Positions 1 to 8,615 of a stretch of DNA of 64,000 bases are shown here, piece after piece. Numbering within the stretch: the stretch's first letter is position 1; every line of letters begins with the position of its first letter. The DNA is taken from contig JAPLME010000006.1 of NCBI GenBank assembly GCA_026387175.1, forward strand, positions 172,078-236,077, given 5' to 3'. Under the pieces are notes generated by a model. That model did not search any database, was not told the DNA's origin, and saw nothing but the letters and a program-made list of their open reading frames with translations. Both the position numbers and the translations under genes were made by a program. Source of the stretch: Candidatus Omnitrophota bacterium. Lineage in GTDB: Bacteria > Omnitrophota > Gorgyraeia > 2-01-FULL-45-10.

Positions 1-692
1 ACGAGGCCAATATTCACTATCCGAAAAGTATTCTCCAGTAGCTTCACCATCTCCGCAACCTTAGCGGAAGATACCGGCACTATGGTCTCGAGCGCCTGTT
101 CATACAGTAATTTGGCGATCTCAGTCGAGCTCTTCGAAATGCCGCCGATTATCTTCGGAGTGTTCTTCGTATCATACTTCGCGTTACCCGGATCAACGCG
201 CTCGGGCGAGAAAGCAAGATAAAAATCCTTCCCTTCCTTAAGGCCGTCCTCCTCCAGTATCGGAAGCATCACCTCTTCGGTGGTGCCAGGATACGTCGTC
301 GATTCCAGCACGATTATCTGGCCGCGCTTCATATAACGTTTGATATTCTTTACGGACGCGACTATATATGAGACATCCGGCTCCCTGGTTTTGTATAACG
401 GCGTCGGGACGCATATGATGACCGCGTCCAGCTCCTTTATCACGCTGAAATCCGTTGTGACTTCCAGCGACCTGTCACGTGTAACCATCATAAGTTCGGA
501 CTTGGAGACATCAAGTATGTAACTCTCGCCCTTCCTTATCTTTTCCACTCTATCTTTATCGATATCGATACCGTGCACCTTGAACCCTGCTTTCGCGAAC
601 GTAACCGAGAGCGGCAAGCCCACGTAGCCCAGGCCTATTACCCCTATATTCGCCTTCCTGCTCAATATCCTCTTCCTCAATTCATTTAGCAT
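1..692 (-). CDS. Nucleotide-sugar (UDP-GlcNAc/ManNAc) 6-dehydrogenase, WecC/WbpA family; 3' end runs off the window
   Basis: Not in the ORF track. Manual translation from ATG at 692 gives MLNELRKRILSRKANIGVIGLGYVGLPL (Rossmann GxGxxG), then FSPERVDPG and AEMVKLLENTFR. AGGGG RBS upstream. Confidence 0.9.
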   Translation of the reverse strand, partial: MLNELRKRILSRKANIGVIGLGYVGLPLSVTFAKAGFKVHGIDIDKDRVEKIRKGESYILDVSKSELMMVTRDRSLEVTTDFSVIKELDAVIICVPTPLYKTREPDVSYIVASVKNIKRYMKRGQIIVLESTTYPGTTEEVMLPILEEDGLKEGKDFYLAFSPERVDPGNAKYDTKNTPKIIGGISKSSTEIAKLLYEQALETIVPVSSAKVAEMVKLLENTFRIVNIGL

Positions 693-702
693 ATAACCCC
701 TT

Positions 703-1665
703 TTAGATTGCTTCGGGCCTTCGGCCCTCGCAATGACATTTCGATAAATATTCTTTCAGCGCTATCTTCCAATCAGGCATCCTGTAGCCTGTAAATTTAC
801 TGAATTTCGAATTGTCCATGACCGACATCGCGGGCCTCCTGGCCGGACGGGCCAGTTCTTCCGACGTAATCGGCAGGACTTCAGTTTTTGACTTCACCAG
901 CCTCAGTATCTCTCTGGCGTAATTATACCATGAGACACTGCCGGAATTGGAAAGATGGTATGCGCCGCGGCATGCCATCGATAATTTATCGCCCATTGTC
1001 AATTTATCCAGGAGATGATGAATCGCCCTCGCCAGACTCTTCGTACTCGTCGGGGAACCAACTTGGTCCCGAACGACCCTTAAACACTTTTCGGTCTTTC
1101 CCTTGGCGATAATCGTATCTACGAAATTCTTGCCGCAAGCACCGTAAAGCCAGCTCGTTCGCAGTATATAGTGATTGTTAAGAGCCTTCTTTACAAAGCT
1201 CTCGCCCTTAAGCTTCGAATCACCGTAGACGCTCAAAGGGTCCGTCCTGTCCGTCTCCTTATACGGCCTTCTCTTTTTTCCATTGAAGACGAAATCGGTG
1301 CTGATATAGATGAGGGCCGCCCCTGAGGCCTTGCAGCCGAGCGCGACATTTCTGGCGCCTTCCGAATTGACTTTATAAGCCTTTTTGCTATCGAGCTCGC
1401 AACCGTCAACATCCGTCCAGGCGGCACAGTGTATCACAAAATCCGGCGAGACCTTTTGGATTATGGCGGCGACGCCTTTCCTGTCTGTAATATCTCCTTT
1501 AACATAGAGCAGGTTAAAACCTGCCCTACTATTTTGGGTTTTGGGCTTCAGACGCCGAGACAGGTCCAGTCCGATAACATCATAGCCCGAATTAAGTTCC
1601 TGGCAAAGATCGATCCCAAGCATGCCGCTTGAGCCCGTGATTAATACTTTATATCTTTTCGACAT
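703..1665 (-). CDS. rfbD: dTDP-4-dehydrorhamnose reductase
   Basis: GSSGMLG, HCAAWTDVDGCE, ISTDFVF, YGDSKLKGE, DQVGSPT, ARRP motifs; rml cluster context. Confidence 0.95.
   Translation of the reverse strand: MSKRYKVLITGSSGMLGIDLCQELNSGYDVIGLDLSRRLKPKTQNSRAGFNLLYVKGDITDRKGVAAIIQKVSPDFVIHCAAWTDVDGCELDSKKAYKVNSEGARNVALGCKASGAALIYISTDFVFNGKKRRPYKETDRTDPLSVYGDSKLKGESFVKKALNNHYILRTSWLYGACGKNFVDTIIAKGKTEKCLRVVRDQVGSPTSTKSLARAIHHLLDKLTMGDKLSMACRGAYHLSNSGSVSWYNYAREILRLVKSKTEVLPITSEELARPARRPAMSVMDNSKFSKFTGYRMPDWKIALKEYLSKCHCEGRRPEAI
705..738. repeat. Small imperfect palindromic element (TGTCATTGCGAG-GGCCGAAGGCCC-GAAGCAATCT on minus) encoding the RfbD C-terminal tail
   Basis: Outer ATTGC/GCAAT arms and inner GGGCC-TTC-GGCCC hairpin; translates as CHCEGRRPEAI-stop. 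Confidence 0.65.
1505..1529. repeat. GTAG-type REP-like hairpin inside rfbD
   Basis: Minus strand GTAGGGCAGGTT-TT-AACCTGCTCTA: 11-bp stem with one G-T pair and a 5' GTAG. Confidence 0.6.
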
Positions 1666-2621
1666 TTAGCCAGCCTGTGCCACCAGGCCTCGTTATCTTT
1701 ATACCACCCGACGGTTAATTCGAGCGCAGTCTTAAATTCATGACGCGGTTTCCAGCCAAGCGCCTTAAGCTTGGACACATCGAGAGCGTATCGCTTATCA
1801 TGGCCCGGCCTGTCCTTCACAAACTCTATATAGCTTTCATCTCTACCCAGGACATCCAGCAGCATCCGTGTAAGCTCCAGATTGGTAGTTTCGCCGCCGA
1901 TACCTATATTGTAAATTTCGCCTATCTTACCTTTATGCAGCACCAAGTCGATCGCTTCGCAGTTATCGACAACGTAGAGCCAATCTCTCTTATTCATCCC
2001 GTCGGCATAAAGCGGGACTTTCTTCCCGGCCGTCAGATTCGTAATGAATAACGGGATGACCTTCTCGGGATACTGGTATGGCCCGAAATTATTTGAGCTT
2101 CGGGTTATTATCACAGGCAGTTTAAACGTAACGAAATAAGACCTCGCTAAGAGGTCGGCGGCGGCCTTGGTGGCGGAGTACGGGCTATTGGGTTCCAACG
2201 GATCATCTTCTCCGGACGATCCGCTCTCGACGCTGCCGTAGACTTCATCCGTTGATATTTGACAAAATAGCTCTACGCCTGCCTTCTTCGCGGCCTCCAG
2301 GAGCGTATAAGTTCCGAAGACATTGGTTGTGACGAATACACCAGGATCCATGATGGACCTGTCGACATGGCTCTCGGCGGCAAAGTTGATGATAATGTCG
2401 GACTCTCCGGCAAGTTTCTCGACGAGCGCCTTATCGGTGATATCGCCTTTTATAAACTTATAATTCTTGTGCTTTTCTATATCTTTCAGGTTCTCGAGGT
2501 TGCCGCAGTATGTAAGCTTGTCCAGGTTCACGATCCGGTAATCCGGATACTTACTGATCATATACCTGATAAAATTGGAGCCTATGAATCCCGCGCCCCC
2601 TGTTACAAGCAACCTCTTCAT
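1641..2621 (-). CDS. rfbB: dTDP-glucose 4,6-dehydratase
   Basis: TGGAGFIGSNF, DKLTYCGN, AAESHVDRS, STDEVYG, YSATKA, DRPGHDKRY. Confidence 0.97.
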   Translation of the reverse strand: MKRLLVTGGAGFIGSNFIRYMISKYPDYRIVNLDKLTYCGNLENLKDIEKHKNYKFIKGDITDKALVEKLAGESDIIINFAAESHVDRSIMDPGVFVTTNVFGTYTLLEAAKKAGVELFCQISTDEVYGSVESGSSGEDDPLEPNSPYSATKAAADLLARSYFVTFKLPVIITRSSNNFGPYQYPEKVIPLFITNLTAGKKVPLYADGMNKRDWLYVVDNCEAIDLVLHKGKIGEIYNIGIGGETTNLELTRMLLDVLGRDESYIEFVKDRPGHDKRYALDVSKLKALGWKPRHEFKTALELTVGWYKDNEAWWHRLAKCRKDIKY

Positions 2622-2622
2622 A

Positions 2623-3363
2623 TTATAAAACGCATTTCTTCGCGGACGCCTTCGCCACGAGGTTATTGGCCCTTAACAGCGAATCGAAGGTTCCCGCATC
2701 CGTCCACCAGCCGTCAAGGATGCTGTGTTCGAGTTCGCCTCTCTTAAGGTAAGCATTATTGACATCCGTTATCTCAAGCTCGCCCCTGCGGGACGGCTTA
2801 AGTGTCTTTACTATATCGAAGACCCGCTCGTCGTACATATAGATGCCCGTGACCGCGTAGTTCGATTTCGGTTTCCTCGGCTTCTCCACGATCGACGTTA
2901 TCTTACCGCCCTTAAAACCTACCACGCCGAACCTATGGGGATCGCTGACCTTCTTTAAGAGTATCCTCGCGCCCCTCGGCTGTTTCCTGAATTCATCTAC
3001 CTGCTTCCTTATGCCCTTTTCTATGATATTGTCTCCAAGAATAACAACTATCTTGTCATTATCGGCAAAATGTTTTGCCAGCCCGAGGGCCTGCGCGATC
3101 CCTCCCTCACCTTCCTGATATGTATAATTAATATGCGTAAGCCCGAACTTCGCTCCGTTACCGAGAAGGCGAAGGAACTCTCCCGCGTGCGTGCCCCCGG
3201 TGACGATCAGTATATCCGTTATGCCGGCATCCACCAGCGTCTGGATCGGATAATATATCATCGGCTTGCAATAGATCGGCAATAAATGTTTGTTCGTAAT
3301 TTTTGTCAATGGGGCAAGCCTGCTGCCAAGCCCGCCGGCCAGTATCACACCTTTCAATCCCAT
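2623..3363 (-). CDS. rfbA: Glucose-1-phosphate thymidylyltransferase (short form)
   Basis: GVILAGGLGSRLAP, KHLLPIY, EKP, RGELEITD, WTDAGT. Confidence 0.93.
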   Translation of the reverse strand: MGLKGVILAGGLGSRLAPLTKITNKHLLPIYCKPMIYYPIQTLVDAGITDILIVTGGTHAGEFLRLLGNGAKFGLTHINYTYQEGEGGIAQALGLAKHFADNDKIVVILGDNIIEKGIRKQVDEFRKQPRGARILLKKVSDPHRFGVVGFKGGKITSIVEKPRKPKSNYAVTGIYMYDERVFDIVKTLKPSRRGELEITDVNNAYLKRGELEHSILDGWWTDAGTFDSLLRANNLVAKASAKKCVL

Positions 3364-3366
3364 TGT

Positions 3367-3813
3367 CTATTTCCTCCAGTCATAAGGTATATCATTATCA
3401 TAAGCGTCCATCCTGTATTCATCGGCTTCTTTATGGTTATATGGTATCGTAACATTGTTTATAACAACAGCCTCGATATCGCTTATGCATTTAAATCCAT
3501 GATAAACTTCCTTGGGTATATGGACGAGCATCGGATTTTCGAGGCTGATCTCAAAATCATTTACTTCGCCGAATGTCGGGGAACCTTTTCTGGCGTCATA
3601 GAGCGCGAGGCGCATCTTGCCTGAAATACACGTGAAATTATCGTCCTGCTTCTTATGGAAGTGCCACGCCTTCACCACTCCGGGGAACGCGGTAGTCATA
3701 TAGACCTGCCCGAACTTCTCGAAGATCGGATCATCGCATCTCAATATTTCCATCAGCCGTCCGCGGTCGTCCGGTATAACTTTGAGTTTTTTGACTTTCA
3801 CGCCGTCTATCAT
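3367..3813 (-). CDS. rfbC: dTDP-4-dehydrorhamnose 3,5-epimerase family cupin
   Basis: DDRGRLME, GVVKAWHFH, YHGF. Start moved to ATG 3813 (MIDGVKVK), just after the ugd stop, with GGAGAAGG upstream. Confidence 0.88.
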   Translation of the reverse strand: MIDGVKVKKLKVIPDDRGRLMEILRCDDPIFEKFGQVYMTTAFPGVVKAWHFHKKQDDNFTCISGKMRLALYDARKGSPTFGEVNDFEISLENPMLVHIPKEVYHGFKCISDIEAVVINNVTIPYNHKEADEYRMDAYDNDIPYDWRK

Positions 3814-3814
3814 A

Positions 3815-5110
3815 CTACCTTCTCCCCATCCCGGCATACGTAAAGCCAAGCTTACGGACCTCGGCCGGCTCATAGATATTTCTGCCGTCGACTATGACGC
3901 TCTGTCTCATCAGCCTCTTCACCTTCTTCAGGTCGAGCTCCTTAAACTCGCTCCACTCGGTCGCTATCACCAGGCAATCGCTGCCTTTCGCGGCGTCGTA
4001 GGCGTCTCTGCAGAATTTTACGCGGCTTCCCAATATCAGCCTGGCCTTTATCATCGAGATCGGGTCGTACACCTTCACTTTTACGCTTTGCCTGAGCAGC
4101 ATCTCGATGATATAGATGGCCGGCGCATAACGCAGGTCGTCAGTATCAGGTTTGAACGACAGGCCGAGCACGCTCACCGTCTTGCCGGGAAGGTTCCATA
4201 TAATATTCTCTATCTTCTTCATCAGCGCCGATCTTTGGCCCTCATTTATCTTCTCAACCTCTTTCAGTAAACCAAAGTCGTAGCCGGCTTTTTCCGATAT
4301 CCTGATGAAGGCGGAAAGGTCCTTAGGAAAACAGAACCCGCCGAAACCGAGGCCGGCGTTCAGGAATTTCTCTCCTATCCTCTTGTCGAGGCCGATGCCC
4401 TTTGCCACCTCGACGACATCGGCGTTAAGCATATCGCAGACGTTGGCTATAGCGTTTATAAAGGATATCTTCATCGCGAGGAACGAATTGGCGGCATGCT
4501 TTATTATTTCCGCCGACTTTATATCGGTAACGACTATCGGCGCTTTCAGGGGCTTATAAAGCGAGCTCAATATATCCGCGGCCTTCCTGGATTTTACACC
4601 CAGGACTATACGGTCGGGATTCATGAAATCTTTTATCGCGGTTCCCTCTCTCAGGAATTCGGGATTGGACGCGACATCGAACTTTATGCCGCGTTTATTA
4701 AATACCCTGATCGTGCGCTCTACCCATTCGCCGGTATTTACCGGGACGGTTGACTTCTCCACGACAAGTTTATAAGATTGCATCGAGAGGGCTATTTCTT
4801 TAGAGACATGCTCGACGGCTGTAAGGTCCGCCTCTCCGTTATCTTTAGGGGGAGTGCCAACCGCTATGAATATTACCTCTGAGGCCTTTACCGCGGATCT
4901 TATATCGGTAGTGAAGGATAACCGGAGCTGCTTGACATTGCGTTTAACGAGTTCGGAGAGGCCGGGCTCATAGATGGGCATCACGCCGGCCTTAAGCTTT
5001 TTTATCTTGGCCTGGTCATTGTCTACGCATATGACATTATTACCGAGTTCAGCGAAACATGCGCCTGTAACTAGCCCTACATATCCTGATCCTATTATGG
5101 AGATATTCAT
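3815..5110 (-). CDS. ugd: UDP-glucose 6-dehydrogenase
   Basis: IGSGYVGL, AVGTP, KSTVP, NPEFLREG, GFGGFCFPKD, FKPDTDDLR, DGRN. Confidence 0.95.
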   Translation of the reverse strand: MNISIIGSGYVGLVTGACFAELGNNVICVDNDQAKIKKLKAGVMPIYEPGLSELVKRNVKQLRLSFTTDIRSAVKASEVIFIAVGTPPKDNGEADLTAVEHVSKEIALSMQSYKLVVEKSTVPVNTGEWVERTIRVFNKRGIKFDVASNPEFLREGTAIKDFMNPDRIVLGVKSRKAADILSSLYKPLKAPIVVTDIKSAEIIKHAANSFLAMKISFINAIANVCDMLNADVVEVAKGIGLDKRIGEKFLNAGLGFGGFCFPKDLSAFIRISEKAGYDFGLLKEVEKINEGQRSALMKKIENIIWNLPGKTVSVLGLSFKPDTDDLRYAPAIYIIEMLLRQSVKVKVYDPISMIKARLILGSRVKFCRDAYDAAKGSDCLVIATEWSEFKELDLKKVKRLMRQSVIVDGRNIYEPAEVRKLGFTYAGMGRR

Positions 5111-5121
5111 ATATTACTGAA

Positions 5122-5151
5122 ATTATATCATAATAGTATTATATGTCTCAA
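5122..5151 (-). promoter_or_regulatory. Putative sigma70 promoter for ugd-rml operon
   Basis: TTGAGA (5151-5146), 18-nt spacer, TGn-TATAAT (5127-5122). Confidence 0.55.
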
Positions 5152-5163
5152 CTATTAATTGGA

Positions 5164-7317
5164 TTACGGGGCGCCCGCGGAGCCAAAGCGCGGCTGTGAA
5201 TAGGTCTGCTTAAACCCTATAGGATAGGTCGGGAAGGCCTTCAGCGTCATCGTTATCCAGAAGGTATGATTATTCTGATCCCTGATATCATAGGTAAATT
5301 CGAGTATCCAACAGTGCAGGTCCCTTGAGATAGTGTACTGCTGCTGTTCGAATTTATTTGAGGCCAGGTCGAATCTTTCGTACATCCGAAGCTTCCACTT
5401 TTCATTTATCTTATATCTTCCGTCCATCGTGACCTGGTAACTCTTGCCGCTGGGCAGGTCATAATACCTCTGCCCTGCGGAGAGCGCCCACTTATCTCCG
5501 CCGTTCAAAACGAAGTCAACGTTAGCGGTCTCGACCAGACATGTCTTGGTATTGACATGCCAGTCGGAATTGAGATACAGCCAGCTGTAAGGGATCAGTT
5601 CCAATTTAAAATCTACGCCGTTGAATTTGTTATTCTTAAGTTCGACCGATCTCTTTTCCAGCCTGAAAAGATAATCGGTGCTGACTATAAATCTCAGAAG
5701 GTCCACCGATGCCATCTGGTCTCCGCTCTTTCTCTTGGTCTGCAGCTTATTCTCGAGCGATAATACCACATGGTTCTCGGTATCAAGCGCGTCGATCCCG
5801 TCATATTGGGTCAGGTTTTCCGGAGCTATCGTGGGCTGATGCACATGGACATAACTGGCAGACGGCGTGATAACATGCCTCAATTTATTTATGTCAAGGC
5901 CCATATAATTGGTATTGACGTCATATAACTTATAAAACTTCGTCGAGGCATCGACGCCTTCCCTGAAGAGCGTCCTGACTTCGTTGGTATCTCCCCAGGC
6001 GTTTCTGGAATAATATGTCTCACGTATCCCCGCGAACGGCGATATGCTTACAGACTTAAAGAATCTTGCGGCATAAGCGATCTGGTTATATGTGTCGAAT
6101 CTTACGGCATTTATGTCTTTCGGCGTAGTGGTCGACTTCGCGAAAGTCTCGTTTAAATACACTCCGCTCGCGTTACCTGAATAGTAAAAAGACGTATTGC
6201 CTATCTTGTAGTTCAATACATTGATATTATATTCCGGCAGGCGCTCGACCACGGTATAGAAATTATTGAAGCGTTTCCTTATTAAAAACTCGGTGGTGTA
6301 ATCCTGTTTTGTCGTAATCAGCGATAGATAGGAATCGGGAGTGGCGCCAAGCTCTTCATACTCGGTATAGAAATAGTCCCTGATGACATTGGGATCGCTG
6401 AGGTAATGAAATTCCATAATAGCGGTGGTATCGGCATCCTTGATATCCCACCTGTGCCTGTATTGATAACGGTACCGCGTATCGACCTCGCCCGTCTTCT
6501 CGAACGCGAGATTATTATTTTCCTGGGTATAATAGGCTTTGAACGCCCCCTTACCGACATCGGTATCCATGTAGTGATTAACGCCGGCGGCCAATCCCAG
6601 TTTGGACCTGTAGTCCAGCAGGACATCGCCGCGGAACTTATCGTCGAGATAATATCTGTAGGCCGTTAAAGCATAATACCCCCAGTCCTTGCTCCGGCCG
6701 GGGATCACGGTGATATGGCTCTTCCTGGTATGCTCGTCCAACGGCTGAACGTAATACGGCAGGCAAAATACCGGAGTATCTCCGATCAGGAATACCACGT
6801 TATTCGCGACGACCTTATCCCCTAGATATATTTTGATCCTCTCTGCCTTAATACGGTAGTGCGGCCTGTCGAGGTCGCAGGTCGTTATGCTTCCGTTATT
6901 TAAGCCGAATTCGTCCTTCCCTGCCTCTTTGGTCAGATTTTCCGCCCTGCCGTAGAAAGGCCTGGCGTTGACATAACCGTAATCGATAACTGCCGAACGT
7001 TTCTCGAAATTGTAATCGATCTTATCGCCGATGAAATAAGCGCCCTTCTGGGTTATATTGACATTCCCCTCCGCTTCGGCATCATGGGTTTCCAGATTTA
7101 CCGCTACCTTATCGCAGGTAAGGACTATATCTTTATAGGTTATAGAGATGTTGCCGTTGCCTACGACCTTCTTCTCGTTCTGCAGATACTCCACATGGTC
7201 GCCGTTTACAACGATCGGTTCTTTAGTCGGAAGGCCTTCGGCATATGAGCTTTTAGCGAATAATATAAAGCAGGCGAGAGAGATTGAGATACAGGCGGTA
7301 TATCTAAATAATTTCAT
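5164..7317 (-). CDS. lptD: LPS-assembly protein LptD
   Basis: Signal peptide, OstA-like N-domain, ITTCDLDRPHY, PVFCLPY, C-terminal RDLHCW beta-barrel end. Confidence 0.85.
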   Translation of the reverse strand: MKLFRYTACISISLACFILFAKSSYAEGLPTKEPIVVNGDHVEYLQNEKKVVGNGNISITYKDIVLTCDKVAVNLETHDAEAEGNVNITQKGAYFIGDKIDYNFEKRSAVIDYGYVNARPFYGRAENLTKEAGKDEFGLNNGSITTCDLDRPHYRIKAERIKIYLGDKVVANNVVFLIGDTPVFCLPYYVQPLDEHTRKSHITVIPGRSKDWGYYALTAYRYYLDDKFRGDVLLDYRSKLGLAAGVNHYMDTDVGKGAFKAYYTQENNNLAFEKTGEVDTRYRYQYRHRWDIKDADTTAIMEFHYLSDPNVIRDYFYTEYEELGATPDSYLSLITTKQDYTTEFLIRKRFNNFYTVVERLPEYNINVLNYKIGNTSFYYSGNASGVYLNETFAKSTTTPKDINAVRFDTYNQIAYAARFFKSVSISPFAGIRETYYSRNAWGDTNEVRTLFREGVDASTKFYKLYDVNTNYMGLDINKLRHVITPSASYVHVHQPTIAPENLTQYDGIDALDTENHVVLSLENKLQTKRKSGDQMASVDLLRFIVSTDYLFRLEKRSVELKNNKFNGVDFKLELIPYSWLYLNSDWHVNTKTCLVETANVDFVLNGGDKWALSAGQRYYDLPSGKSYQVTMDGRYKINEKWKLRMYERFDLASNKFEQQQYTISRDLHCWILEFTYDIRDQNNHTFWITMTLKAFPTYPIGFKQTYSQPRFGSAGAP

Positions 7318-7331
7318 AATCAGTCATTATA

Positions 7332-8615
7332 CTATCTTTTATATTCACACACAACATTTTTACCTGAATTTTTTGCTTTGTAAAGCGCCTGGTCCGCCTT
7401 ATCTATTATATCGTTCAGCTCGGAGGCGTCAGCGGGGTATATGGCAAGGCCCACGCTTATCGTCAGTTTTAGCTTTTCATCGTACGCTTTAAAAACCCTG
7501 TCTTCCACTTTTTTTCGCAACCTCTCGGCCACCTGGCGAGCGCTGTTGATCCCGGTTTCGGGCAGGGCTATCACGAACTCCTCTCCTCCGTAACGCCCCA
7601 CTATATCTATTTCCCTGACGCTCTCTTTTATTATACGGGCTATATCTTTTATGACCACATCGCCCACCATATGCCCGTAGGTATCGTTGCACTTTTTAAA
7701 ATCATCTATATCCACCATTATGAACGCGAACTCAAAACTATATTTCTTTGAGCGCTGCAGCTCTTCGTCGAGCCTTTCATAGAAATACCGCCTGACGTAA
7801 AGGCCCGTAAGGGAATCGGTGACGGCCAGTTTTTCGACAGTCTCATATAGCAGCACTTTCTTGATCTCCAGCGCGAATTGCATCGCAAGTATAACGAACC
7901 GCTCCAGGTCTTCCTTCGGAAGATTTTCCACCGCAAGCATACCCACCATCTTGCGCTCGCTCAAGAGAGGCAGCACGACGAACGTTTCTACGGCGCCGTC
8001 TTTCACTCCTAGCTCCTCAAGGGCGGAAATATTTTCTTTTCTTGTGAGCCACACATCCTTGAATCCGCCCGTAAATAATTCTATCAATTTTTCGCCTTTT
8101 ATAGCGGGGACTTGAACGCCGCCGGCAGGTTCTTCATGCCATACGCTGTAGGCCCTGCCGATACGAAGGTTCTCATCTACGCGATCGAGCAGCAAGAGAT
8201 CGCATTTTCTGAACATGAAGTTACCTTTTAGAAACAGGCTGAAGACATGAAACATATCCTCAAACTTCAGGTTCTCGGACATCTTCTTAGTTATCTCATA
8301 AAGGTTGACTATCTCGGCCTCTTTAGCTTTGATGCCGCTCTCGAACCTCACCGCATGGTCGCGTTCCTCGGAAAGCCTGCGTTTGTCGTCGTCGATTTTA
8401 TTAAGCGCCTGATGCCGCAAAAGCCTTTCATCTTTAGCTATGTTTTTGTACCAGAGGTAAGAGGCCATGAGCAGATTAAACAGTACGACAGGGGCCAAAG
8501 CACCCGCCGGGGGCACTTTACATATAAATACCAGAGCAGGATACGCTATCAGCCAGGAGGCCGATATCAGAGAATATATAATGAAAACGGTATGCGGAGA
8601 CTTTAACCGGAACAA
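7332..8615 (-). CDS. Membrane-anchored GAF-like + GGDEF diguanylate cyclase
   Basis: Two N-terminal TMs; DIDDFKKCNDTYGHMVGD; REID (RxxD I-site); RYGGEEF; ADQALYKAK. Confidence 0.9.
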   Translation of the reverse strand: MFRLKSPHTVFIIYSLISASWLIAYPALVFICKVPPAGALAPVVLFNLLMASYLWYKNIAKDERLLRHQALNKIDDDKRRLSEERDHAVRFESGIKAKEAEIVNLYEITKKMSENLKFEDMFHVFSLFLKGNFMFRKCDLLLLDRVDENLRIGRAYSVWHEEPAGGVQVPAIKGEKLIELFTGGFKDVWLTRKENISALEELGVKDGAVETFVVLPLLSERKMVGMLAVENLPKEDLERFVILAMQFALEIKKVLLYETVEKLAVTDSLTGLYVRRYFYERLDEELQRSKKYSFEFAFIMVDIDDFKKCNDTYGHMVGDVVIKDIARIIKESVREIDIVGRYGGEEFVIALPETGINSARQVAERLRKKVEDRVFKAYDEKLKLTISVGLAIYPADASELNDIIDKADQALYKAKNSGKNVVCEYKR

